From Trichodelitschia bisporula (Eukaryota), in NCBI GenBank assembly GCA_010356995.1, contig ML996693.1, positions 310,001-374,000 of the forward strand: a stretch of 64,000 nt of DNA. Direction: 5' to 3'. A program made the position numbers and the translations under genes. Under the pieces are notes generated by a model that was given only the letters and a program-made list of their open reading frames with translations, made no database searches and was not told the origin of the DNA. Positions 36,510 through 48,615 of the stretch are shown in pieces. Positions within the stretch are counted from its first letter, which is position 1, and the number at the start of each line of letters is the position of its first letter.

Positions 36510-37292
36510 ATGCCTCTCAATCCGTCATCTACGCCCCTAACCAACTTCGCTCTCCTCTCTTTTGATGTCTACGGCACTCTCATCGACTGGGAGCGCGGTG
36601 CATCCAAGGCGCTCCTCTCCTCCGCCCCAATAGCTGCTCTGCCCTCAACACACCCCCTCAAGGACCCAGCAGCCATTCTCCACGCCCTTGAATCCAGCCA
36701 ACGCCACATCCAATCTGCAAGACCGCAGACCCAATACATTGATCTTCTCGCCGAGGCCTACATCGCTCTATGCACCGAACACGAGATATCCCACCCCGAG
36801 GTCTCCGCCGCAGGCCGTGCCTTCGCCGGATCGGTCGGCGACTGGCCTGCCTACCCCGACACGCTGGATGCAATGGTTCGGCTGAAGAAATATTACAAGC
36901 TTGTTGCGCTCACAAATTCATGTCCCACAACCCTGGGTGCATCGCTCTCTTCACCAGTTGCGTTTGTTGGACGGCCTGTCTTCGATGCAACGTACACGGC
37001 CGCCATGATCGGCGCTTACAAACCGAATCCGCGCGTCTTTGAGTTTTTACTGGAGAAATCCAAGGATGATTTTGGAGTGAAGAAGTGGCAGGTACTGCAT
37101 GTTGCCCGAAGTCTGTTTCATGACCACGTTACCACGGGCAAGACGGGGATTGAGAGCGTGTGGGTTGACCGCGGAGGAGTTACGGGAGGTGATTCGAAGG
37201 ATGCTGAGGAAGCGAATTTCGGATGGGAAGTGAAAACTTTGGAAGAGTTGGCCGATTTGGTGGACAAAGAATTTGCTGAGGAGGGAAGATAG
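36510..37292 (+). CDS. Haloacid dehalogenase-like hydrolase (HAD, type II dehalogenase-like)
   Basis: Motif I FDVYGTLID, motif II LTN, YKPNP and LHVARSLFHDH. Intronless. Confidence 0.9.
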   Translation: MPLNPSSTPLTNFALLSFDVYGTLIDWERGASKALLSSAPIAALPSTHPLKDPAAILHALESSQRHIQSARPQTQYIDLLAEAYIALCTEHEISHPEVSAAGRAFAGSVGDWPAYPDTLDAMVRLKKYYKLVALTNSCPTTLGASLSSPVAFVGRPVFDATYTAAMIGAYKPNPRVFEFLLEKSKDDFGVKKWQVLHVARSLFHDHVTTGKTGIESVWVDRGGVTGGDSKDAEEANFGWEVKTLEELADLVDKEFAEEGR

Positions 37293-37356
37293 ATCCATTG
37301 GCATTTAGCATTTAGCCACATGGGCTCAGATAGAAGACTAGAATTGAATCTTAACA

Positions 37357-38163
37357 CTAGGACACAATATCGGAGCTTGTGGTTTTTACAGCTTCGGCCA
37401 TTCTAGACGTATCGGTAGTAACAGCGGATATGGAGCCAACGGTCAATGAGAAGCTTCCCTCTTGATCGCCAAAGAAACTAGAATATTAGTTCTAGAAAAT
37501 AGGGTTAAATGCGTGAGATCTTACCTCCGCATCATGACGCTGAAGCGTCTTATTTCCTTGGTGTTCAGTTTAGGGGCGTCCTTGATCTCTTTGCCTCTGT
37601 ACGTAGGCCTGAAGGCATCCCAGGGAATGAAACATTCAGAACTCGGCACCCCTTCGATGCTCATGGAAAATTGAAAGTCGTATTCGTACGAGATGGTAGC
37701 CTGCTCCCGGCCCGTCTCCGCATTTTTGGGTAGCAACCGGTCTTTAAGGATCAAGGTGTACCGCTTGCCTAGGATCGTGAGCAGCGCGCAGCTGTTGATC
37801 GAATGGCCCACCATCCGAGTGCTTCACGTCCAACTGGATGCCGTCGTAGGACGACAGATCCCACTTTCGATTATTGCATCTTGTGCGTTGGCTGGCAAAA
37901 CCAGCGCCCCCGAGCGTGCCTATGTCCAGGACTCCGTAAAAGCGAGCACCAGCTTCGCTCAAGGGTACATCAAGATACGACTTCGCTGTTTAGTGATTCA
38001 TACCCTGGTGGGTGAAGGTCCTACCTGTGACTTACCGCCGCGCACACTGTCATCGCTCGCGGTCCAGTCGGCCGGATCCCATTTCCTAAGCGATTGTAAG
38101 CATCAAGTGTGTTCTTACTGCTCACACTTACTGGCTGCCTCCGAAGAGGTCCTGATGGCTCAT
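37357..38163 (-). CDS. CIA30 (complex I intermediate-associated protein 30) family protein
   Basis: Four introns join W-ASDDSVRGGKSQSYL, TLGGAGFASQRT, DGKRYTLILKD, FRPTYRGKE and MMRSFFGDQEGSFSL. Confidence 0.85.
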
Positions 38164-39449
38164 TCTGACAGAAGGGAAGTGAAGAACAAAATAAAAGACT
38201 CTTCGTCCTGACTACATCTACTCAGGACTTATGTAAACAGTGTTGACGTTCACATCGGTCAGTCGGCGTCAATCCAGCCGGCCGCATTCCACTCGGCAAG
38301 CCACCCGTGCCACCCGCTGCAGGAACCAAAGACCCAAGTCGTACTAGCCAGATGTTGATTGTGAACCTCACCTGCTCCGTCGAAAACGAGCCATCCTACA
38401 TAGAACACTGGACTCTAATGATGCATTATATCCTGATCTGATATCAACCGAATACGTCTTTGTTGGATACTAGACTCACTTTTTCCTAACCGCTTTCAAA
38501 CACAGCTTCAACTTTTGCTGCCCTGACGCTGTTAAACCGGGAACTTAAGCCGAGAAAAGGAAGCTTTCCTATCTAGTTCATCATTGTACCTCATCCTTCG
38601 TCATGCTCAGTCTCTCCTACGTTGTACATGCAGGAACTTTCACATGTGCTGCGAATGCCAGGTATAGGGGATGGGCGAAAAGCCAGAGCGTAGGTTCATG
38701 CGAAGGAAACATCAAGTCACCTGCTAATATGCCTAGTATACCACATATGAATATTACGACCACCCCACTATACGCTACATAATAGGAAACGCACTCAGTC
38801 TCTGGATTCCTCCCACAGCGCTGGAAATAACATTGAACAAACCCAGGCGCTTGATCGTTGTCCGCTTTCACGGGTCCCTGCAGATATCGCCAGAGTCCAA
38901 CCATACCCAGATAATCAACTCTACTGCTCTACTGTGTAATGGCGATATGTCAATGACTAGTTCATTTTGGCCTAGGGCGCCGGCATGGGTCAGTTGGTTC
39001 CTTCTGTATCTGTCATGGAAGGGAGGAGGGGGCGGCTGGGAGCTAGGTCGTGACTTCCCATTTACGGCAAATGCGAACCCAACGCTCTCACGAAGTGGAT
39101 CGCCCTTTCTATTCTGTGTTGCAGCGCTCATTCCTCTCTAAAGATCATCTTGACGTTTCCTAGTTGCCAGGACTTCTCTCGACAAGTCTATTTCCTGCCA
39201 TTCAGACTCCGCCTAACGTCTATCCCTTGCCGAAGCTGCACAAAGCACGCTGTGGGATCGAAGCCAAGTTCGAAGAGTCGCCTATATCTATAGCTGCCTT
39301 TGTCCTCTCCGGTACTGCGACACTTCTGTCAATGAGTGCATGATTGCGAGCAGTTCTCGGAACAGCGTCCTCGACCGAGGTTGAATGTACGTAGTCCCGC
39401 TCGCTGACTTCACGGTTTTGCCCTCAGACAGACATCGACAATCGACAAG

Positions 39450-42400
39450 ATGACGGATCCTGCGCACATCAACACTCGTGTTCGCTACGTTCTTAAGTCT
39501 GACCATTTGGTGCCTTCCCGAGGGTATCATGTTACTCATCTGCACGGCGTCCAGCAAGTCAACAACGATGGCAACTTGGGCAACCTCGAAATCACGACCG
39601 CTGAAGAGCACACCCTTCCTGGTCGTGATAGAGTTATCACAACTAGCCATGACACCTACCCCGCATCCAATAGTACTCCGTTTCCCACTTCCGAACGTAG
39701 TGCACACATCATCTCCGGCTATGGCCTCTACACCCCCCGCCTCGCGCAGTTGGCTTTGAACACGCTCGAGGACGAAATCGTTTCGGATGCTACGATGAGT
39801 ACCACCTATGAGCACCGTTCAGCCGTAAACGGGACCATACGGGATAATTCTAGTATCTCGTCGCGGATTCAGAAGATCACTTTTTCCCTCATTCAGGAGA
39901 CTGCTTCGTCGCGGGCCAGTGCGTCTGCCTCACCACACGCCACTCACCTCCCTAACCATGGCGACAGTACGACTGTGAACACTCCGAAAAAAGTCCGCGT
40001 CACCAATTCCGACGAGCAAACCAGGTTGGTGAACTCCAGCGTATCAGACTCTGAAGACATAACTCCTTCGCCTTGCACGGTCATTTCCGCGGCCGACGCA
40101 GGCTCAGTGACGGATGACCTTCGCTGGGAGCTCGACAGTAACCTCTCAGCGCCTACCTGTGAGTCCTGGGACTATGTAGATAAAGAGGATGAGGCGACCT
40201 GTGCATCTCAGCGCAAGTGTTTGAACGCCCCCTGCAGGGAAGATGGCGCATACAGTGCCCGAAAGGCCTTCGAAAAGAACGAGGCTCATAATGGTTTGTG
40301 CTCCCCAACGATAACGCCACTTCTGCTAACAATACCGCAGCCGAATTCCATGTTCCACGTGGTATCGACCTACTCCGTATCCAGTAAGCAGTTGGACCTA
40401 ATTGCTCTTTCCTCACTCTTACCTTCTAATAGCCGATCTGAAATCACGGAGGGCCTGAAGCCTCTTTTCATGCTTGACATCGAACGTTCTACCCAAGTGT
40501 ACCTCTTGTACAAACAAGTTCGCGGCGTATGGGTACGTCGGTACTTAAGCAATGGTTCCTGATCCAAACTGACAGCCCAGATCGTATACATATGGGGCAC
40601 GGATAGCATGATCGATCAGGCGGCTGCGGAGCTTGAAAACTGGGTTAACGAGGTTCTTTGCCATAGGAACGGTACGAAATCTGGTAGTTCGGCGCCGCTG
40701 CTTGTCAAGACGACAATGGCTTCAGCTGCCTTGTGGGAAACAGCCCCCCTCGTTATCACATGCAACGAACGCAAGCTGGCACGTGAGCTCCTTCAAGCTG
40801 CCGAGCTCTGGAAAGACAAAATCGTGGATTCTAACAAACAACATCCATTCGTGGTGAGTCTCGCTTGCGCATCGGGCTATGTTTATCGGGTCATGTACTT
40901 GGAAAAATGCTGACCATCTTCGTAGGTTCTGGTGCAAATCGAATATGGTTTGCAGGAGCTCTTCGGCCGCTCCCTGATCTTCATGACGCAGCTGCGTCGC
41001 GCATCAAAGTGCGGTGTTTCGGTGTTGGACCCGTCACTGTCCATGGGAATCTTGACTGTCATTCTCTACGCCGAGAAGGAAGAGCCTCTGGTGAAAGCGC
41101 ATGGTTTACTTAGGCTTCTTATGGCGCAGCAAGCATCGAAATGTCTTCCTCAACTCCAGCGCTTCCTCTTCAAGCCTATAAAGCTGCGGGAGACTGATGT
41201 CCACATGACGCACTATCGACCATACAATCCTGTCACAAAGCACAGGGGCAACAAACAACCCATGGGCAGCATGGTTCTGATGCTCGAAAAGTCGTCGTTC
41301 GTGGAATGCTTACATCCACAGCTTCCGGCGTATCCACTACACGCTGTGCAGCCTCTCGGGAGCCTCAATCATGACTTGATTCCATTGGATGATGAACAAT
41401 TCAACCGACAGAGGCTCAAACAATGGACGTCAAGTGTTCTCAAGAGCCTGAAGTGTTTTGGTGGACACATCAGCATTCGGGCGCACGTCGGGACTTGTGT
41501 CTTTACCAACGTCAGGCGCCCTCATGGCTCCATGATGGAGCTGCGCAACGTCCAGGCGCTTCTTTCGCGGCGCAACGGGGATAACAACAAAGTGAAATCT
41601 TTCTTCGCATCTGATCTGGCCAGTGGTAAATCAGACCCCGATGGCATTCCTGGGCTGTTCAGCGCCTTGCTGTATGCTGGCGAACTCAGTATTGACCTCG
41701 CGGCCGTCACGACTCAGATGAAACGTGGCTTCGATTTCTACCGACCTGTCTACGCCGCCTCCTTTTTAATTCGCGCTCCCCGTAGGTGGCAAGGTGCACT
41801 GCGTCTGGAGGTAGAGTACATCGAGAAGTTTGAGGAATCCGGTGCCTTCCTGAGCAAACACCGCTGGTTTCTATTGAAACCCGATACCGAGGACTTGACT
41901 CGCTGGCTGGACGTGAATATCATCGACCTCAAGGACAGCAAACTGTCGTACAACGTGCGGATAACCGGTGATAGGGTCCTGAGTCACGGGGAGGTCGCCA
42001 GGCTTCCAGCGCCGTACACTGAGTTCCTCCAGGAGCTTCAGTTCCAACCTGAAGCGTTCGAGCATCGGCCTCCCAAGCCAGCGTGGGTGATTCCTCGCAA
42101 TCGTAAAGGTGGTCATAAAGTTCCTCTGCTCAGCTACCACCAGAAGCGGTACTGGCGCTTCCGAGTGAAGGAGACGGGTCATGATCTCGAGCTTTACACG
42201 AAGCAAGCCGTCCACGTCGGCCAGTCTGCGGGCCGCTCTAAGGACAGCGAGTTCCGGGCGTCAAACAGCAAATGGCATATCGAACTCTACCAAAAGAACT
42301 GGGACCTTGCTTTGGACACCAATCATGAGCTGGGCGTAGCTCAGTACGCCAAGTGGGACCCGGAGCACCTTCTCTGTGCTGGGCAGTGTGCTGGGGACTG

Positions 42401-42584
42401 TTTCGGTTCCAACAGCTACGGGTGTGAGAGGCTCCTCCGCGCCATGAACATCGTTACCGATATTGTCAAGCGCATGCCTGTTAATGTCAACGGAGGCTGG
42501 ACGCCGCCTTCGAACTCTGTGGGTGAGGACAAGGTGATCAAGCCAACACTCGTGGCCCAGACGCAGCCTTGTTCTCAGGTGTAG
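39450..42584 (+). CDS. Large fungal hypothetical protein (disordered N-terminus, globular C-terminal part)
   Basis: ORFs 39450..40562, 40608..40913 and 40932..42584 join through introns ~40532..40580 and ~40854..40925. A further intron upstream of the ATG (39387..39426) is probably in the 5' UTR. Confidence 0.7.
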
Positions 42585-42849
42585 GCCCTCTTGACGTCTG
42601 CTATTGTTCGCATGTATGTCGCATCGCGGATGGGTTAATGGATGAAGCAGTCGTGGCGGTCTTCGCGCCTAGATCTGTGAGGTAGACCAGACAGTGGAAT
42701 GTAGAATGCTACTCATGTACAGCTTGTTGTCAAGTCTGTCCGCCTGGCATGCACTGTCCCGTCAATCGCTGCACTGAGCGATAAAGCTGATCGTGAAGTC
42801 CTGCGGCCGCCCCCAGCCTTCATTATGCACAATCGTATGCCCTAAACCC

Positions 42850-43495
42850 TCATGCCCGCCTGATCTCCCACTTCAAGTCCTTGATGCTGACCTCTTCGCC
42901 CGCTTTCTCATCGTAGTCGAACCACTCCCCCTCATGTAGCTCAACGCCCGTGAACTTGGTTCCAGACTCAATCCCCGTGGCCAACCAGTCGCCCTCGGGG
43001 GAAAACTCGACGAACTCAAGGCCGCGGCAGTCAAATTCGAGGATGTTGACACGGGCTGGAGGGGAGGTGTGGGAGTAGGCCTTGGGGGCCTCCTTGATGT
43101 TGGCGGAATGCTCCCTCTATGGTATGTTAGAAACAGGAGAGGAATATAGATGTGCGGTGGTGGGCCAGCAAGGAAGGCCAACCTTACAGTTCTTGCAGCG
43201 CCAGACGAAATTGGCTTCGCCCCTACTGCCGCTCTGCTCATGGGTGTCCTATGATGATTAGGTTTTAAACGCATACCGCGGCTAAATAAGCTTACGAAAC
43301 GGTTCAATGTCACCCAGTTGGGGTGAGTTTCACGACATGATGTGCACTGAACTTTGAACATATAGCTGAAAGGATTGTCTTGAGTATCATCGGGGCGCAG
43401 GTCGGTGACCCTGGATGATATTAGGAAACTCATAGTAACAAAAACTAGAGTACTACTGACCCGGAGAGATCGGCAGTCAGAGCTAAAGCGAGCAT
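42850..43495 (-). CDS. UPF0587/DUF866 CXXC zinc-binding protein
   Basis: MLALALTADLSG|VTDLRP, FKVQCTSCRETH, GSRGEANFVWRCKNC, FDCRGLEF and EGEWFDYDEKAGEEVSI. Three introns. Confidence 0.9.
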
Positions 43496-43782
43496 CTTGA
43501 GATCTTAACGCGTTTATCGCTGCTCGATTCAGACAGACGCGATGAGGGCGGGGATGTGGTTTTATGAGCGGTGGGGCAGGAAGTGGCGTATGCGGGCGAG
43601 TTGTGGCACCGTAGGGCTTTGACCGGGAATGGCACCCAGAACAACTTGGTACTGTTCAAAATCTCGGGAGAGTCACTCCACTCAGAATCTTGTCCCCACT
43701 CAAGAACACGAAGTGTATGTGCCCAATTCCATAGACTTGAAAAACCTAGGGGCTAATTGCGCTCCAGAATCCCGACAGCTAG

Positions 43783-45528
43783 TCTTCTGCGGAACACTCT
43801 CCACCAGTTCGGCACGCGTCCAGCCTGCGGACTGACCTGAAACGATGTGTCGCTAGCTACGAAAACGCTCTCCGCAAAAGAACTTCAGAATTGAGCGCAA
43901 ACCCTTCCGACGAAATGTCTGCCATACTTGCTTCTACGCCGGGCATCCTTCGGGGTGCGCGATACGCCGGCGCACAATACACAACCACCGCCCAAATACA
44001 AGCTTGGAAGGAGCGCTGGAGTAAATGGGTTGCTGGCGAAGAACCAGCCCCAAAGGAGCCACCCCAAGCGGGCAGCGTATATCAGACATTGCGAGACCAT
44101 CATCCAGCATCCGAGTCGGCCTCTGATTCCGAGCCGCAGCCCAAAGACTCTCTTGACGGCGTGTGGGGCCTAGGGACTCTCACGCATGCCGAGCTCTTCA
44201 ATTATGAGCCCATACCGGGAGCTCCGCGCCCCCCTTCGATATCGAGCACAAATGCGCAACCACACAGCGTCAATCATCTACCACCTGAGTCCCTGTGGTC
44301 AGGCGATGTGCGAAGATCAAAGGCGCGTGGCGAGTGGTCCGAGAAAAAGCTTGGAATGATGGAGCTTTGCGTTGCCCGCCTGGTGACAAAACTATGTATT
44401 AATGTGGATTTGCATGACCAGCCACCGTCGAATTTGCTGGCGCTACCGGAGGTTCTGAGAAAAGTGGCGAGGTTGACGTTGCAAAACCAAAAGACTCTGG
44501 TCATGAACCTGTCGTTTGAGATCAAGCATGCACAGCATTTGAAACCATGGGAGCGGCCTGACCCTATGGATTTGCCTATCCGCTACCCAAAATATTCATC
44601 AGTGCAGGGTGAAGAGAAGATACAAGCGCGTCGACAGCTCAACCACACGGTCAAGGAGCTATTCGACTTGTATGAGCAGGGCCGTTTGTCGCACAAATCG
44701 CTGGTCATCAGGATTTGCCAGGCCCTTCTGGAGTCTACCGCCGCGCCTACTGTGCATACTTGGAATCTACTCGCCGTCGGATTTGCCCAAGACACTTCGC
44801 AACATCATAATATCGCGGATTCACTCATAGAACTGCTCCTGGAGATCAAGTTGCGCCCCAACGAACTGACCTGCGCCATCATCCTGCGCAGTTTCCGGAC
44901 GCGCAAGCTCGAGGATCTCTTCGCCCAGTTTATCGGGCTCATGCGCGGGCATGGTAACGGACTCATGCTTGCAAATTATGACATTAAAATCACGCCAGCA
45001 TCATCTGGGCGGCTAACGAAGAAAGGCTACACAAGCAAGATACTGCAAGCGGCACAGCCAAATCCGCTCATACTCCGAGAGATTATCCGCGGTGTGTTGG
45101 ACTTCTCGGGGCTAGAGGCGGCGATGGACGTATGGACGAACTTCAACCAGAATGGCTGGGGCCTGGATTTCGAGTGTTGCAGCGCGTTGCTACTGCAATG
45201 TGTCAAGGCGCGGGATTGGGAGCGAGGAATGAAGATTTGGGCTGAGGTCGAAGAGCTGTTGGTTACAGGAGAGGAGGAACCACTGGATCTGCTGGCGGCG
45301 AGACTAGCTTTTACTGTGGCTTGTGATAGACAAGATGTGTTCCTAGGACTATACGAGAATTCGACTAGGAGAAGGGATTGGGTTGATTTGACGGAGAGGA
45401 CAAAGCACTTACTGCAGGTTTATGCCCCAGATAAAGTTGCGGAGGATGGGCAGGCTGAAGGGAGTGCAGCAGATGAGGCAGTATCACTGGAGCCGTCGCC
45501 GCTTGGGAATGCTCCCCCAACTGTTTGA
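43783..45528 (+). CDS. Pentatricopeptide-repeat-like protein (probably mitochondrial); 5' end uncertain
   Basis: Frame open 43783..45528, first ATG at 43915. PPR-like helical units PTVHTWNLLAVGF, RPNELTCAIILRSF and CCSALLLQCVKARDWERG. Confidence 0.7.
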   Translation, partial: SSAEHSPPVRHASSLRTDLKRCVASYENALRKRTSELSANPSDEMSAILASTPGILRGARYAGAQYTTTAQIQAWKERWSKWVAGEEPAPKEPPQAGSVYQTLRDHHPASESASDSEPQPKDSLDGVWGLGTLTHAELFNYEPIPGAPRPPSISSTNAQPHSVNHLPPESLWSGDVRRSKARGEWSEKKLGMMELCVARLVTKLCINVDLHDQPPSNLLALPEVLRKVARLTLQNQKTLVMNLSFEIKHAQHLKPWERPDPMDLPIRYPKYSSVQGEEKIQARRQLNHTVKELFDLYEQGRLSHKSLVIRICQALLESTAAPTVHTWNLLAVGFAQDTSQHHNIADSLIELLLEIKLRPNELTCAIILRSFRTRKLEDLFAQFIGLMRGHGNGLMLANYDIKITPASSGRLTKKGYTSKILQAAQPNPLILREIIRGVLDFSGLEAAMDVWTNFNQNGWGLDFECCSALLLQCVKARDWERGMKIWAEVEELLVTGEEEPLDLLAARLAFTVACDRQDVFLGLYENSTRRRDWVDLTERTKHLLQVYAPDKVAEDGQAEGSAADEAVSLEPSPLGNAPPTV

Positions 45529-46117
45529 AGCCCCGTGAACAACGGGGTCAAGTGAATATAAAATGTTACTTCCATTCCGCATCTGCAGGTACAGAATGAC
45601 AACATATGACAGCTTCATAGATCAGCCATCTCGACCGGGTTCGATTCTTATTCCCCTGAGCTCAATTGAGTCTGGGTCCAACTTGAGTTCAAAGGGGGAC
45701 GTCGGCGTGGACCGTAGGCGATATGTCTTGGCAAATAATAGTTTCGCCTTGCGGCCTGAAAGCGTCGTCGCGCGCATCTGAAGTGGCTCAAGTGCACAAC
45801 AACCTCCACAACAAGCATCCTGCATCGAATTCGATCTTCTCCAGCAAAGCCAAGACTTCCGACTTTCACATCCATCACATTCTATCTACTCTTGAAGAAC
45901 CCAACCTCGGCGCATCCAACCCAGACACTAAGGAGTGCAAACGCAACCTCCGACACCCGGTCTTCACCATCCACTTCCTAACTTCGAGCACTGTCGATCA
46001 ACGCAAGCCTCCGTTACGACACTACCGCGAGCCACCTTTTGAAAAGGACGGGAACTCGCCTTGCACCCCCACTCCATCATATCCCTCATTCGCGCCATAG
46101 ATTGGTAACCTAGAAAC

Positions 46118-47389
46118 ATGGATTCTCCCGGCTCTCCCCTTTCGGAGCACTTGTCCGATGAGTTCCAAGAGCAAGAGCACGTCCAGCTTTCACCTCCTTC
46201 TCTCAGCGATGTGGAGGCCGACCCAGAGAACTCCCGTCCGTCCAAACGTCAGCGCATAAGCGGCGATACTGTAACCGCCTGGGAACCTGCAATTCCTCCG
46301 TCACCCTCAGATGCTGAAATCTCCCCCGACACCGACGGCAGTGTTCCTGGCTCACCTCACTGGGGCGCTGACGAGGATGAACCGTACGGCCACCACGATC
46401 AGATCACCATTTGCAGGTGGTTGGGATGCGAAGCTGGCGACTTGGGGAACATGGACAACTTAGTCGACCATTTGCACGAGGAGCATATCCAGGCGCGTCA
46501 GAAGAAGTACACCTGCGAATGGGGAGATTGTGCGCGGCGGGGCGTAGCGCATGCCAGCGGGTATGCGCTCCGGGCCCATATGCGCAGCCATACGCGGGAA
46601 AAGCCTTTCTACTGTAGTTTGCCAGGTAAGACATCCCTCCGGTAGCTATAGTATCAGCTAACGCGATCAGAATGCGATCGTTCCTTCACACGTTCCGACG
46701 CACTGGCCAAGCACATGCGTACCGTCCACGAAACCGAGGCCTTGCGGCCGTCTGATCCGGTCCCGAAGCACCACTCGTCGAACCCGCAGAATAAGACTCA
46801 ACGCGTACGCCTTACCTTCAAAGGAGTTGGCTCGAACGGTGATGCATCCAAGGAGCTGAAGACCGTATCGGTACCCACATCTCCAGTGCCTGAGGGTGGT
46901 CCAGAGGCAGACTACGAGCAGAACAACGCGGTGTACGTGACGGATGACGGAAACACCAGCCATATCAACACGAGCGGGGAGCGCCGTTTCCCTGCGGATG
47001 TACAGTTCACCGAGGAGGAGCTAGCTCTTCCGGCCGACCAGCTATTCCGCTTGCTGCGGCGACAGCTCGCATGGGTGTCGCAGGACGCCGAGGACCTTCG
47101 CCGGGAAGTCGATGAACTGGATGCACGTCGGAAAAAAGAGTGGAAAGCCAAGGAGCTGCTTATGGACAACGTCATGGAGGGCGAGATGGCTCGCGGCGAA
47201 AAGATGCATCCCTCGCTCAAAGGTGAACCACACAGGCTTGGCTTGGCCGAAGAAGATATGCGCGTATTGCGTTCTCGCCCGATTGTAGGCGAGCCTACTC
47301 CGTGGTGGCGCGAGGAAGCTGCACAGCCTATGGATGTGGATACTGGGGAAGCGGATGAGACAGAAGTGGCGGTTGGTGTTGCGGAGTGA
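46118..47389 (+). CDS. IEC1: C2H2 zinc finger protein, INO80 complex subunit Iec1-like
   Basis: Intron 46627..46670. GYALRAHMRSHTREKPFYCSLP|ECDRSFTRSDALAKHMRTVHETEALRPSDPVPK, followed by a coiled-coil ending KELL. Confidence 0.82.
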
Positions 47390-47930
47390 TTATCTGAGTC
47401 TCATTGCTGCGGTCTCTGACTACTTTTCGTAGTATTCACCGAGCGATTCTACAATTAGCGCGTCTAGTTCAGCCCATAGTGTAACTCTAATTTCCAGGCA
47501 AGTGCGGCCGCGCTTCCCTGCGGTTGGGGTCCTGTACATTACGTCCAACAGGTAGCAAGAGTGTGGCGTGAAGTTCAACTCTGGTCTAACTCTGATTTCC
47601 AGACTAATGAGGCCCCGCTTCCCCGCAGTCGGAATTTTCTACGTTACGCCGAGCGCGTAGCTGGGTTAAGGAGCGGAAACGTCGTTGCAGAGTTCCCAGT
47701 GTGCTGGTGCCTTGATCATGAATTTAGTCCTCACGGCATTTCACCAGCGCACTGGTCGTATAGGTGGGCTTCAGGCAATAATGGTACTGATCATGGGAGA
47801 GTGTAATTGTCGCGCGTCTCGGTTCTCGTACGCGAGACGCCAGTTGTATGGATATTTCCCTTAACGAATCTAGTCCGCGCTATTAACGCGCCGAGTCAAT
47901 GGCAATGACCTCGCAGCATCAGTCGCCAGT

Positions 47931-48615
47931 CTACAGATCTTTTCCCTTCCGCTTCGCCGCCTCCTTGTTCTTGAACGGGAATCCACTCGTCCGCTTATCC
48001 GCCCCAGTTTTGCGACTAATCCGCCCGTCACTGCTCGCAAATAACACGCACCACAGCCCAACCGCCGCAAGCAGGGTGCTCCCGACCACCCCGAACGCAT
48101 AACCCCACACTCCTGTTGAGGTCCATAGCGCGTATGCATAGAACGCCGCGGCGCTGTGGTACATCAATGTTATCGTGAGGGTAGGGAGCGCATACGGCGC
48201 CTTGGGGTCGGTAGGGTCGGTCGTGGTAGGCCCCGCTGCGAATGTTAGCACCTTCCACACCACAAGCAGAGTATACACGTACCCTCTGTCAACCGTGAAG
48301 ACAGCGGCACGGATCCCGTGAGCAAGACGCAGAGCGCACCAATGGTGATGGCCGCGAGGCCGAGGCTGCGGCTAAGGTACACCTCGAGGGCTTTACGCGT
48401 CAGTTAGATTCCAAGATTCGGGAAGGGGTGTATACTTGTTGCTTCCCGTACCTCCGGCGAGAGCGAGGCTACTAGCAGCGTTGGCGAGAGGAGCATCGGG
48501 ACGGCCTGTAGGGCGAGCCAGCCACATGTGCCGTAGGTGTAGGCGTAGTAGACCTGAAATGAGAGGTGAGCAAGGCTGGCTGCAGCAATTGGCAGGCAGG
48601 GAAACGTACATCCAT
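47931..48615 (-). CDS. Conserved fungal small membrane protein (about 4 TM), unknown function
   Basis: MD|VYYAYTYGTCGWLALQAVP..., three introns, and C-terminus GLWCVLFASSDGRISRKTGADKRTSGFPFKN. Confidence 0.75.

Noticed and set aside
38617..39131. Minus-strand ORFs with a hydrophobic segment
   Set aside because: No ATG context, splice model or known motif. Possibly a gene relic but unsupported.
47814..47840. 8-bp hairpin GCGTCTCG/CGAGACGC between convergent genes
   Set aside because: Short and GC-rich, so compatible with chance. Bacterial-style terminators do not apply to Pol II genes.
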